From Octopus vulgaris (lineage: Eukaryota): a DNA stretch of 64,000 nt. Location of the stretch: positions 28,458,001 through 28,522,000 of the forward strand of contig OX597817.1 of assembly GCA_951406725.2 (NCBI GenBank), given 5' to 3'. The position numbers were made by a program, and so were the translations under genes. The first letter of the stretch is position 1. The number at the start of each line of letters is the position of its first letter. Under the pieces are notes generated by a model. That model worked only from the letters and a program-made list of their open reading frames with translations. It had not been told where the DNA came from and did no database searches. Positions 23,800-36,235 of this stretch are shown in pieces.

Positions 23800-24554
23800 A
23801 AGTAAAATAAATATCATACTAGGGCAGGTGGTCTGAAGTTATTTAACATCTTGGCTTCTGGGATTTATGCCATTGACGCTTGACTGACATAACTGTACAT
23901 AAGGTAGATATATTTATATATAACTATGAAACAACTGAAATATTAATGAGGATTGAGCAATAACATTCAGCATTCTTATTGATTTTCATACATGTGAAAA
24001 CATGAGTAACCGACTGAGTGGACATTGTAAAAGTCCATGTTAAGTATATTTAAAATGATGCATACCATATATTTTGTTCTGGAGTTTGATGCTGAGAATG
24101 GCAATGAAGCAATGGCAGGAAAAGTCAGTGCCATTTTTATCAATATCAATGTTATAGGCTTTGTCATTATCAATATTTGCTTTGACACCACCATCAATAT
24201 ATTCAGTATTCTCTTGACTCTTATTTCTTTTACCACCAATCCCTTGTGTCATTTGCATTGTTGCTAGCCTTGATACATTATCTGTGTTGTCTTTATCAGT
24301 ATCTTTGTTAATATCTATTACAAAGTCCAGTTTTCATTCCATCATGTTTTAAATATATTTTCTTTGAAAAATATTTACCCATCAGGATAGTGTAGGTATG
24401 CAGCAAAGCTTTCAAAAATGTTCACATAATGAATGTCATAACATTTCCTGCAGCAGCGCTGCAGTAAAGATTGCAGTAACTTTCTTAGTATCAGCTATTT
24501 TATATTACTTTTCAATATAAATTTTGTACTCTTTTAAAAAGAGGGACTTATACT

Positions 24555-24760
24555 AAGTTAAGTTAATTTTTTGGCTCAAAAAGCAAAAAGCAAGGCCATG
24601 TAGGGGGACATGGAGTTATGTACAGGGTGGTGTTCATGCAAAGAGTTCAGGCCATTTGTGGTCAAGGGAGACTTTGAACCGAGCGGTCATCGGCATCTTC
24701 ACTATCTCGTCTGGCAGCTTATTCCACGGATCCGCAACCTGGACGGAGAATGCCCCACGC
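24555..24760 (-). mobile_element. CR1-group LINE extreme 3' end (second family)
   Basis: RGAFSVQVADPWNKLPDEIVKMPMTARFKVSLDHKW (FS.RV...WN.LP..FK..LD motif), short UTR and TTAAC-type tandem tail. Confidence 0.8.
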
Positions 24761-25874
24761 AAGACAAGGAGAACTATTATAGCATATATTTGGAATGAGG
24801 TATTCTTGATAGATATTAAAGAAAGGAAAAAGGGAAATAGAAGTATGTTATATTCTAATATGATGGATATACTCACAGTGAGCGATATTTAAAACAAAGA
24901 AGAAGCTGATATCCTATCTTTTAATCTTTTATTTCTCATTGTACACATTAGAAACCAAGGAACTTTAATTTAACAATACACATCCTCTCATTAATTACAT
25001 TCTTTACATTCGTTATTGTCTTCATTTCAGAAGAGTTTCATACAGTTCTAAAGATAGATTTTATAAAAAGCAAAAGTATTAAAAAAAATAAATAAATAAA
25101 ATTTAAAAAAAGTTCAAAAGTGTAGCGTTTCAGATTCATAAGAATCTTAATGAAATTTTCACTGAAAATCATAGAATAAAAGCTACATTTGAATGTCTTA
25201 ATGGTCTAAGGAGAAAATAAAATAGTAAAATGAAACCGCAGAAAAAAACAGTAGTAAATATATAATACAAGAATATTAAAAATAATGCAGAATTTAAAAC
25301 TCAAATGTCAATGATATTGGGTAATTAAGTTAGTGAACATTTTTGTCACTTACTAGATTGTTATCAGTCATTTTAGTTTAATTAGTAATTGAAATTAAAA
25401 CACAGTTGCAGAAAATTGACAGTTTCCGTGTGATGACACATGCAAAGTAAATGACTATTATTATTGATATTATTATTATTATTATCAGTTCAAGTTGGTG
25501 ATAATATTTCACTTAAGTATACTACTTGCCTCCCAAGAACAGCTTCATGCATAATTAAGAAATCAGCATTAGTATTGTTCTATTACTGTTTCCCAAAAGC
25601 ATTAAATATAATATATTCTCAATCCTTAGTTAACAACTACAAGAAGATTTCATAGTGATTTAGATTTACATCGCATTTTTGTTCAATTATTTTACTGTTC
25701 CTCATTACTAATAACATTAGAAATTTATAATATGCATATATACTTGAATATATATATAAAAGATTTTAAACATATGTATGCACATATGCATATACACAGG
25801 CATATATACATGCACACATGAATGTGTGTGTGTGTCGTACAGATATGCATATGTTTATATGTATTCATCCCTTT

Positions 25875-25955
25875 GTTTTTATGTCCATTTTCCATACTGG
25901 TATGGGTTAGATGAATGTTTTGAGGTATTGTTTTACAGCTGAATGCCCTTCCTGC
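25875..25955 (-). mobile_element. Degraded RTE-tail fragment
   Basis: TTTCCATACTGGTATGGGTTAGATG...ACAGCTGAATGCCCTTCCTG. Confidence 0.55.
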
Positions 25956-26034
25956 TGTTAAATGCTTAGATGTGAATATGCTTCATTAATGTTATATACT
26001 TTTATATATGTGTCTGTGTATGTGCATAGATATA

Positions 26035-26065
<31 letters not shown>

Positions 26066-26364
26066 GGAGGCACAATGACCCAGTGGTAAGGGCAGCAGAC
26101 TCACGGTCGTAGGATCGCGGTTTCGATGCTCAGACCGGGCGTTGTGAGTGTTTATTGAGCAAAAACACCTAAAGCTCCATGAGACTCCGACAGGGTGGTG
26201 GTGGCGAACCCTGCTGTACTCATTCGCCACAACTTCCTCTCACTCTTTCTTCTGTTGGCCTGCTTGGTTAGCCATCAGGGTGGCATCATTTGAAGGCTAA
26301 AACGATGCGAAGCGCATTGTCACCAGCGATGTGTAGCAACGGCTGATAGCCTGGTCAGTCACGA

Positions 26365-26368
<4 letters not shown>
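26066..26368 (+). mobile_element. tRNA-derived SINE, family B
   Basis: GGAGGCACAATGACCCAGTGGTAAGGGCAGCAGACTCACGGTCGTAGGATCGCGGTTTCGATGC; collinear with 7939-8238; (TA)n on both flanks. Confidence 0.85.
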
Positions 26369-26452
<84 letters not shown>

Positions 26453-26460
26453 ACACACGT
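26367..26460. repeat. Compound microsatellite (TA)n(GA)n(CA)n
   Basis: Directly visible. Confidence 0.95.
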
Positions 26461-26714
26461 ATACACGTATGTATGCACTCAGGATAGCATGTGTCATTGC
26501 TAACTGCCTTAGATGCCTATGCAATTTCAAGTCAGTTCCAATGGAACATCCAGAATGTGAGTGCCATAGGGAGGGAGGGCTGCACCAACAACCAGCTACT
26601 GCTCAATTATGGCTGAGAAGCTTGGAGCAGTATGAAATGTCTATATGTCTACTCATCCAGCCATTCATCCTCACACACACACACACACACACACATGAAG
26701 AAATAGAAAATCAT

Positions 26715-26815
26715 GCATATACCTTGGTCTTCTTCCACTCCCAAGGCTTTGACTGCTCTGGGTGTAAAGTAAAAGACATTTGCCCATGGTGCCAAATACT
26801 GGGATTGAACCCAGT
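26715..26815 (-). mobile_element. Family A SINE fragment, degraded
   Basis: CCACTCCCAAGGCTTTG...AAGACATTTGCCCATGGTGCC...GGGATTGAACCC. Confidence 0.55.
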
Positions 26816-27418
26816 ATTAGTTAAATTAATTTCAATCGTATTTTGTTTTGGCAAAAATTTTATAAGGTTTGAACTTTCATTATAGTAGTATCTATTGAAG
26901 ACCGGTCTGATTATTATTTATATGGACTTAGAGATGGATCTTAATTTAGCATATAATTTAGTTATTGCAGTTTACTATTAATACTGATTCAAAGTACATT
27001 GGTTTAAATGTCTCTTGTAGTTTTAGTAAGGTTAGTGTTTATTCCTGCTTATATATTGATTGATTGAAATATTGTGGTTATTAAGCTTACTTTTATCTTA
27101 TACTATGGAAGACGGTAGAGTTTATAATTTTTTTATGACTTAATAGAGTCGTTGCTGTTTCGTTATGTATTTAGAAGGGGTTGTAATTTATTTATGGAAT
27201 TTATTTATCAATACAGTTGTATGTTGGGTAAATGTGTTTGAAAGTTGTGGTTTATTTGGCTTGTTTCCAAACAACACTTATTTTAGTGCTGTTGACACTA
27301 CCAGATTGACACTGCCCAGATGTTGAAACCGTTATATCCTTGGGGCAGCTGATAATGGAAGTATATTGGATTGTTGGTATGGCTGTGGAATAGTATTCTA
27401 ACACATCCTTTTGATATA

Positions 27419-27801
27419 TCATCATCATTTTAGCGTCCGCTTTCCATGCTAGCATGGGTTGGACGGTTCAACTGGGATCTGGGAAGCCAGAAGGCTGCAC
27501 CAGGCCCAGTCTGATCTGGCAATGTTTCTACGGCTGGATGCTCTTCCCAACGCCAACCACTCCGTGAGTGTAGTGGGTGCTTTTTACGTGCCACCGGCAC
27601 AGGTGTCAGACGAGTCTGGCAAACGGCCACGATCGGATGGTGCTTTTTACGTGCCACTGGCACGGGGGCCAGACGGGGCTGGCAACAGCCACGAACGGAT
27701 GGTGCTTTTTACGTGCCACCGGCACGAGGCCAGTTGGGGCAGCACTGGCAACGGCCACGTTCGGATGGTTCTCTTACGTGCCACCGGCACTGGTATCACA
27801 G

Positions 27802-27802
<1 letters not shown>
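27419..27802 (-). mobile_element. Young RTE-tail retroposon with an internal 62-66-bp tandem array
   Basis: (CAT)n tail and RTE-tail motif, then four GGTGCTTTTTACGTGCCACCGGCAC-type cores starting at 27576, 27639, 27701 and 27767. CpGs intact. Confidence 0.85.
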
Positions 27803-27841
<39 letters not shown>

Positions 27842-28551
27842 ATGCTGCATGCAGCTTTTTGATATTGCCAGATGGCTCAGAAGACTGTGTGGGCAATACT
27901 CAGCAAGTCAACTTGCTTAGAACAGAAGAAGCAGTAGTCAAAGAAATTAGAAGAGTTCCAAATAACAAGCAAAACTGTCAAGTATAATCAAAATAAACGA
28001 ACATTTATTTAAGAGGCGAATAAAACATTTATGCAACAAATGGACAGTTCTTTAGAGAGTTTTTTTTTTTTTTAAATAGTTCATTTACCTCTGAAATCTT
28101 CTGCATTCTTTATGTTGTGTACCTCACATTGATTGCTGAAACCAACTTCATCATTGCATACGGTCTTCCAGCAGATTTTGAACCATCTCTTAACACTGTC
28201 CCTCTGTTCAGCTTGGCTTCTTGGTGTCAGCTAATTCTCAGCACCAACTGAACGCCGTTACTTCACCAACCTCATGTTCTTTAGTCTTTATAGTTCACCA
28301 TACACCAAAAATCACATTTCCTATGCTTAAAATGTCATGCATGCCAAAATCACACTACCTTTGTTTACAAAACCAGAGAGCAGTGTTCTAATTCATGTTG
28401 TGTGAATGAGAAATTATCTAAGTATAATTTTTCCTGTTCATAACACGTACACATATATATGTGTGCATACATACTTCCACACGCACTCACATACATTTAC
28501 ATTAACACACATGTGTGCGTGCGCACACACACACACACAAAGTAAAATATT

Positions 28552-28891
28552 GTAAAGACCCCCTTCGGTCATGAATGACCATGGGTTTGCACCTAGAAAG
28601 TTCCCTGCTCAGGCACAAGTCTGGGCAAGTTTGTTTATGGAAGACCATCAGTCACCCATGCTTACCAGCCTCCTCTCACCATGCTACTGAAGTTATCCAA
28701 ACGAAAGGTAAAGGTTGGTACAGCTTGGCACCAGTGATGCTGCAACTCATTTCTACAGCCGAGTGGACTGGAATAATGTGAAATAAAGTTTCTTGCTGAA
28801 AAACACAACACATGGGCCTAGTCTGAGAATCGAACTCACCACCTCATGATTGTGAGCCTGATGCTCTAACTACTGAGCTATGCACCTTCAC
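28552..28891 (-). mobile_element. tRNA-derived SINE, family E (Meta/CORE-like central domain)
   Basis: Minus strand GGTGCATAGCTCAGTAGTTAGAGC (A box), GAGTTCGATTC (B box), GTGTTGTGTTTTTCAGCAAGAAACTTTA...CAGTCCACTCGGCTGTAGAAATGAGT. The 3' half matches 30241-30445 in reverse. Confidence 0.85.
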
Positions 28892-30240
28892 ACACACACA
28901 CACACACACATACACATATATACACAATGCATATTTTAGTTTGTTTAATGTCTGTTTTTCTATGCTAGCATGACTTTGGCTGATGTATATAACTCATACT
29001 GGTATAATTTAACACTTGTAGAATGGAATGATCTATCAACTCCAGCCTGATGTTCCAGACATGTGAAAGCATGTTAACAGAACATTTGCATTTACTCAGT
29101 ACTAAGCATTACTAAACAATTCATCAATATCTCATCAGGAAAATTACATTTCTTTCATTTAGAAAAATGTACGGAATATTAATGCAATCATCATTTATTT
29201 TTCACAATGAAATTTCCTCAAAATTAGTAGGTGAGGAATTTAAAAAAAAATCCATTAATTAATTTTTGACATTAAAGTCAGCATGCATTCATTTTTTTCT
29301 TTTTAGCCTTTAAGTTCATTAATGTATATTGCTGTTTTTATTATCATTATTATTGCTGTTTTTTCTTCCTGTTGTTATCATTGCTGCTATTTATTCTATT
29401 TTAGATTTGATAAAAAAATTTTTTTTCATATAAGTGGTACTGGAACCTTCCATTGTAATGGATGTTACTTTCCTGTCATGTCTTCTTTTGTCAGGAAATT
29501 ATTAGTATTATTATTGTTCAGGTTGTTATTTTCCCTCTGTGAAATTATCTCAAGCATATTATTATTACCAACTTTTTATGACTTCTTCCTCACACTGTGT
29601 AGACATATATTTACAAAACTGAAGAGTTGCCAACAGAGAAGCCAATAAATACATTGATATAAAGCATTTTCTTTTCAAAATTTTATTTATTAGATTTTTT
29701 TTTTTAATTGGTAATAAAAATAAATACCTTTTTAGAAATGTGAGACAGAAGTTAGTTTTACTGAATGGAATCATTATAAATAATAAATAAACAAATACTG
29801 CAACATAAAAAACATAAAATAATCATAGCCTGTCACTGTAACCATTTGCTTTTCTGATAACCTTTTTTTTCTTCTTCTCACCAATATCCATTAAATCTTT
29901 TGTTAAAAGTTATAAAGTGTGTAAATGTGATGCTAGTTGACAAAATAAAAAGAACTAAAAATGATATAAGCTTTGAAAAAGTTAGTTGCTGTAGTAAGTA
30001 CCAAATTGTCAACAAATTTATTATATAATAAACAAATATCCATTATCTTTAGGAAAAATGTCAAAATTTTGTATTTGTTTTTGTTTTTTAATAACCACCT
30101 GAGAGAACTTAATTTACAGTGAATTTGTTTTAAATGAAATGTACACTATTGCTGTTATACATACATACACACATACATACTCACACATACATATACATAC
30201 ACATGTATTATATATATACATACATACATATATATATATA

Positions 30241-30444
30241 CAGAAATGAGTTGTGACGTCACAGGTGCCAAACTGTATCGACCTTTGTCTTTCCCTTAGA
30301 TAACACTGGTAGCGTGGAGAGGGGAGGCCGGTATGCATGGGCGACTACTGGTATTCCATAAAAACAACCTTGCCCAGACTTGTGCCTCAGAGGGTAACTC
30401 TCTAGGTGCAAAAACTCATGGTCACTCATGACCGAAGGGGTCTT

Positions 30445-30445
<1 letters not shown>
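30241..30445 (+). mobile_element. Family E SINE, 5'-truncated
   Basis: AGAAATGAGTTGTGACGTCAC...CATGACCGAAGGGGTCTTTA, reverse complement of 28552-28755; flanked by TA-rich microsatellites. Confidence 0.85.
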
Positions 30446-30479
<34 letters not shown>

Positions 30480-30574
30480 AAGAAGGGATAGTATTATTAA
30501 AATATCACGAGTGGCAAGCAAATTATCAGTAGTACAGGCAAATTTAATAAAATATATACATACAATATAAGATA

Positions 30575-31706
30575 TCTTGACTGTGTCCTTGCCCACCCCC
30601 AGTGGCTTCCCTCCCCTCTCACATCCTCGACACCAACCATGCTCTTTGTTTGTTGAACTCTTTCTCCTTCCTTCCTGGCCCTTCTAAACTTCTCTTCACT
30701 CTTGACATCCAGAGCCTTTACACGGTGATCCCTCACCACTAGGGGCTGCGTGCACTCCAACATTTCCTTGACCTTTGACCCAACACCACACCCGACACAT
30801 TCACACTTATTCGTCTGTCTGAACCTGTCCTCTCACTCAACTGCTTCTCGTTCACTGGTGATTTTTACCAGCAGCTCTTGGGAGTGGCCATGGGAACGAG
30901 AATGGGCCCTAACTATGTGAACCTGTTAGTTGGCTACACTGAGGCCCAAATATTCTCAAGTTTCACTGGTCCCACTCCCGAACTATATGGCCGTTATTTT
31001 GACGACTGTATCGGTGTGACCTCACTCACCCGTGAACATCTACATTCCTTCCTCTCTTTTGTCAAATCTTTTCATTCTGCCCTCCACTTCTCCTCTACTA
31101 TCTCTGACACCTCTGTCTCCTTTCTTGAAATTTCAGTCAGCATTCATCACTCCACTCTCACCACCTCCATCCACTACAAACACACAGACTCACACTCATT
31201 CTTCAACTTCTCCTCCTCCCACCCTAAACGCACCAAGCTTTCCATCCCCTATTCCTAATTCCTCCGTCTATGTAGGCCCTGTAGTGACGTCCATGACTTT
31301 GAGACTCAGTCTCAACTCATGCTCGCCACTTCATCCTACGTGAATATCCCCTCACCACTATCCACACCGCACTTGCCAGAACACATTCCATAGACCGTGC
31401 ATCTGCTCTCTCCCCTGTACTCACCCCACCATCTCCGGTTTTCCCTCACCTACCATCCCACCACCTTACCTCTCCAATGCACCATTCTCTGAGCCTTCCA
31501 GCAACTCCAGTCTGAATCCTCCACTTTGCACATCTTCCCTAACCGACTCCTCCCCTCCTTCAAATGAGCCCACAACCTACAAGACCTCTTGGTCCACAGC
31601 TTCTTCCCTAACCCAACCTCCCAACTGGCTCATTCCTCTGCTCCAGCCCATGCTGCCGCACTTCTCCTTACCTCTCCAACACCACCCTCCTCACCGGCAC
31701 CCATCA
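30575..31706 (+). mobile_element. Penelope-like element (Neptune-like) RT fragment, pseudogenised
   Basis: LFTLDIQSLYTVIP, LSLNCFSF.GDFYQQ, GVAMGTRMGPNYVNL, YGRYFDDCIG, HYKHTDSHSFFNFSSSHP, SIPYS, NLQDLLVHS and a Cys-rich linker remnant (GSFLCSSPCCRT). Several stops; truncated before GIY-YIG. Confidence 0.9.
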
Positions 31707-31799
31707 TCATATAAGGGATGGTATTATAAAAATTATCATCAGAAGTGGCAAGAGAATTATCAGCCAAATTGATAAAATGTAAGCATACAATATGTTCTT

Positions 31800-31935
31800 A
31801 TATATATATACACACACACACGCACACTTATATATACACACATGCACACATATATATACACACGCACACATATATATATACACACACACACATATATATA
31901 TATATATACACACACACGCACACATATATATATAC
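31800..31935. repeat. (TA)n/(CA)n mixed microsatellite
   Basis: Directly visible. Confidence 0.9.
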
Positions 31936-32484
31936 GAGAGCACTACATGAGCATACCACGAGCTAGCAAGTTTAGATGAGAGCATCTTATGGATTTGTAT
32001 ACTTTCAGGGGAGTAGGGGAATCCAAGTGCGTGCACTAGTTTATATAGGGGTGGGGGTGGGGAGTGTTGGTGAAGAAAGTGGTAAACGAAACAGAGAGAG
32101 AGACAGAGTGAAGTAGAGAGAAAGGGGGCCAGAGTTAGGGTGGTCAGGGATAGAACACGAGGGAGAACAATATTCTTTTGGGATTTTGGGTAACGTAATT
32201 TAATGAAACAGCAAATGCTGATAATAAATGAAATAGAATTGAAAAATCTTAGAATTTTCGGCCAGCCAATCTGTGACAAAATTAGAGAAATAAGTGAGGA
32301 TGTGATAAACTTGAATAAATTAATATGTGATGATCTTAAGACGACAACGAGGAAGATGAAACTATTTATACTATATTTACATGCTAATGAAATTGATAGA
32401 ATAATGAAAAGAACTAATAAGGGGTTTATGATCTGCACTGAAATAAAGGAGTAGATGAACGAGGTTGAAAAGACAAAATTTCTT

Positions 32485-32680
32485 GTGTATGTATATATAT
32501 GTAGATATATATGTGTATGTAAATATGTATATATATGTACATATATTTATGTATGCATTATATATATATATACATATATATGTACATATATATGTATGCA
32601 TTTATATATATGCATATATAAGTGTGCATATATATATATTTATATATATATGTATGTATATATATATATATATATATATA
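32485..32680. repeat. (TA)n/(TG)n mixed microsatellite
   Basis: Directly visible; source of Y/I/V/C-rich spurious ORFs. Confidence 0.9.
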
Positions 32681-33934
32681 GTTGGGAAGTTGGTACCAAG
32701 AAGGATAACCAGTTATAAAATTGGCACTCCTAAAATTGTGGCAGTATCACCTGCTTATTCAGTGAGAAAGATGATTTGTTTTTGACTAATTATGCCAATT
32801 TTCTTTTATCTTATAAATATGTAGCCTTCTTTGGTTGGGGTTGGATATTTGTTGAAATCTTAGTTATAACTCTCATAATTTTGAGTCTAGATTTAGCTGG
32901 TGTGGAAACAGATTTTTACCTCACTAAGGTTAAGACTTTTAAAATGAAAGTGTCGCTAATCAACCAGAGTCAAATCGACTTGTCATATTAGCCTGTTTTG
33001 CTTAGTTCTAACATTATTCTTTATTGATGAACTAGATTTATAAAAAAAGACTGTCACCTCTAATACATAGTTTGTTAATAAGGTTTCTCCCCGAGATTAG
33101 CAGAAACCAGAGTACCTAAGTTATTTAAGATATGATGTCGAAAATGCTGTTACGTGAAACTATGTTGCACAAGAAGTTGAAAATACACAAAATATCTGAT
33201 ATCTTTATGAGAAGGAAAATAGCTTGGACTGAGTACCTGTTAAGGGTTATGCTGCAATGGTAGTAAGTATTTGTAATACTGTTAGTGCTGTTGGAGTTAT
33301 TATAAGCATCAATTTATGATGATTGATATATCTAAGTAGCATGTATTGTGGACGTGATTCTTATTTCTATTGATTTCATTTTTGTTTTGAAGTAAATTCT
33401 TAGATTTTGCTGTTTTGTTCTTTGGTTAGAAGCTCTTCATATCAATAATTCAAAACGTGATTCCACAATACACCTACTCCATTCAAAACATTTAAGCATC
33501 ATTTTTTTAAAAAATACTGTAAGCTATATTATGTGAATAATTTATTTTTTTTTACAAAGTTTTGAGAATAATGAATGACAGCACTCACTTTATTTTCATA
33601 ATCAATGATCGTTTATATTCAATACTTTCTATATGTTTTCGTTATATTGAGTAGATTTAAATAATTATTTGTTTTTATTTTCAATTTGGTTATTGTTGAT
33701 AGGCTGTCAGTTTATTAAGTAAGATTAGTCTTGTAAGTTCGCATCAATGCATGATACCTACAGGTTTTGACAGTAAACGTACAATACTTAAATAGATTTA
33801 TATTCAATGGCATTATTTTCATTATAATTAATTACAGTAGACCAACTGCAGATGTATTTATAAACTCCATGTAACATAAAATCTTTGGTTAGTAGAACCA
33901 ACAATTTAGTTTTGATTCTCAGTTTCAATTACTT

Positions 33935-34085
33935 TGACCATGTAGTTAAGTATTTAGTTTCACAGTCATGTGGCTTCTGGTTCAGTCCCACTGCACAGCA
34001 TCTTGGGTGAGTGTCTACTATTATTGCCTCAGGCTAACCAATGCTATGTGAGCAAATTTGATAGACAGAATCTGATGGACATTCA
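33935..34085 (+). mobile_element. Family A SINE, degraded 5' half
   Basis: GGTTCAGTCCCACTGCACAGCATCTTGGGTGAGTGTCTACTATT...GTGAGCAAATTTGATAGACAGAA. Confidence 0.65.
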
Positions 34086-35529
34086 TTGTGTCATCATAAT
34101 TATTTATAATCTTCACTGTGCTGTGGGCTACAAATGTTTCCAGTTCAGCTGGGCAACAACCAGTGGTTTTCTGTCAACAAATCATTTGCCAGCTCTGCCT
34201 TTTTAAATTTCTTCTCATATATAATAGTACTTTTGTTCTAATAATCGTGTGACTATATGAATTTTAATGAATGATCCAACTTAACATGAGTTTGCTGAGC
34301 ACTATCAGTTCTTTGTAGAGGTATTTTCTGTAAATTTTGAAATATTAGAATCCTTGTGGTATGCTTGGAAGTTACAGTGATAGCTACAGTAGAGATGTGC
34401 AGGATCCAGTAGCTAAAAAGCCAGATAAACTCGAAACTTTCAGTAGTTTCTCAGATATGTATTAGCACCATCTCCAAATACTTTGTCATATTGCTTTCAA
34501 TATGCCAGGCTTATTATGTCTAAAGAGCAATTTGACTTCCATCAAGTTCCATTTACCGTTACTCGTTAGACTTCATTATCCAGTTCTCATGATCATTTCC
34601 TGTTGCACTGATGTCATCCCTATCTCTTTTACTTTAAAATATGTTTAAATATCTATTTACAATCTAGTTGGTGATAAAGAATTAACATCCTCTTCTAAAT
34701 TTTCTTTTGATGCTGTATAATGTGGCAAAAAAGAATATATACTCAAAAGTAAATCTTTATTATATTATGTATTTTATATCTTAGATTTTGGAAAATACAC
34801 ATAAAACAATTAGTTGTCATTATTCATTCTTTTTAATGGGTTTTATAAAAAAAAAAGAAAAAATGTTGCTGCCAAGGAAATTGGAGAATGTTATCCTTTT
34901 TGGCTTGTTTGAAAATGTAGAAATATCATATACAATGAAAGTGAAACAGATAATGGAAAAGAAAGGAAGGAAAAGGGAAAAAAGTAAATAAAAAAATGAT
35001 TCCAATTTCTGTTATTGAACTTTGATTTAATGTTCAGGAAATCTCCAAGAGAACTGAGATTTATTGCAAAATATTTTAAGAAAGCTTTTTTTATTTATTC
35101 GTTTTCTTTTTCTTCCTACTGGTAAATAGATTGCACCAGTACCCAAATAATCAATAGTGTGTTCACTTGTACCTTTTTATAAAAATAAGTTTGTGTGTGA
35201 TTCTATCTGTTAACATACATGTATATATGCTGATGATTATATTAAAGAGGAATGTGGGTGGTATTAATTTAAAGTTATTTATTTTTACTGTAGTTTTTTT
35301 TATATTTTAAAAGCCTACATTGACATCATCAAGCCTTTCAGTTAAAGAATAAAATGAAACTGAAATCCCTTTAATTTCTTTTCGTAGCTATATCGTTTTC
35401 AGTTAAGTGACTGGTATGCAGAACCCAACAATGTTTGAGAAAGAATATGAAAAAATATGTCTGAAACTAAACATTACAAACATTTAGCTATCATTATCAT
35501 CTGTGGTGAACTGAAAAATATTGATTTCT

Positions 35530-36235
35530 TACACAAGCACAAGGCTTGAAATTTGTAAAGAAGGTAACAGTTATATCGACCCTAGTACTTCACAGATACT
35601 TATTGATCCCTGAATGCTGAAAAGGAAAGCTATCGTAAATCTTCGAGTATAGTTCGCCCTTGAGTATAAATACACTGGGGATTTTTAGTAGGCTGTACCT
35701 CTGAAAAACCTAAACCTTGTGTATAATATGCACACCTGTTCAAGGAGGTCTATACAATGTCCTTGGTTTGTAAAAATGTATATGGTAACATCCTTTATTA
35801 TTATTATTGTACATATAACATAATGCAAACATGTAGTTTTTGGGGCATTTTGTTTGCAGAAAATAAAGAAATAACAGTAATAACATTTAATAAATGTTGC
35901 TTACTGCAAGTTATGGATGATTTTTTAATGACTTCATTGCTTTCAGGCTTAGCTTAATGTATTTTTGTGCCCGACATCACAAAGTGCGTCTGAATAAACA
36001 TTGCTGGACAGCAAATAGAGACTCGGACATTGCTTAGAAAATGATTTTCACATTTAACCTCATATATAGTACACACTAGGGATTTTGACCTTTAAATTTT
36101 GGGGAAAAATGCGGATTATACTCGAAGATTTATGTTAATCTTAGAGGGATATAAACTCAGGATGTTAAGTGCCAGAACAAATATGGCAGAGCATTTTATC
36201 AGATACTCTGATGATTCTACCATTCTACAGCCTGG
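35530..36235 (-). mobile_element. Old family D (Deu/Nin) SINE split by a MITE
   Basis: Left piece 35530-35630 (CACAAGGCTTGAAATTTG..ATCGACCCTAGTACT..TTATTGATCCC) and right piece 36138-36235 (AACTCAGGATGTTAAG..GCATTTT..GATTCTACC) follow the order of 61085-61295. Confidence 0.6.
35633..36135. mobile_element. Tc2/pogo-type non-autonomous DNA transposon (MITE)
   Basis: About 25-bp TIRs TCGTAAATCTTCGAGTATAGTTCGC / GCGGATTATACTCGAAGATTTATGT, flanked by TA at 35631 and 36136. Confidence 0.85.

Noticed and set aside
26890-27260. Possible decayed Penelope GIY-YIG region on the minus strand
   Set aside because: Only compositional resemblance; no motif recoverable with confidence.
27576-27790. CRISPR array (also 42602-42884)
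   Set aside because: The spacers are homologous to each other, the array lies inside a eukaryotic retroposon tail and there are no cas genes. It is a structured minisatellite.
28090-28450. Possible mariner N-terminal remnant (VKRWFK..GRP on the minus strand)
   Set aside because: Motifs are too short and no TIR pair was found.
31707-32438. 243-aa ORF, the longest in the track
   Set aside because: It crosses a microsatellite and unrelated repeat pieces and has no recognisable domain.
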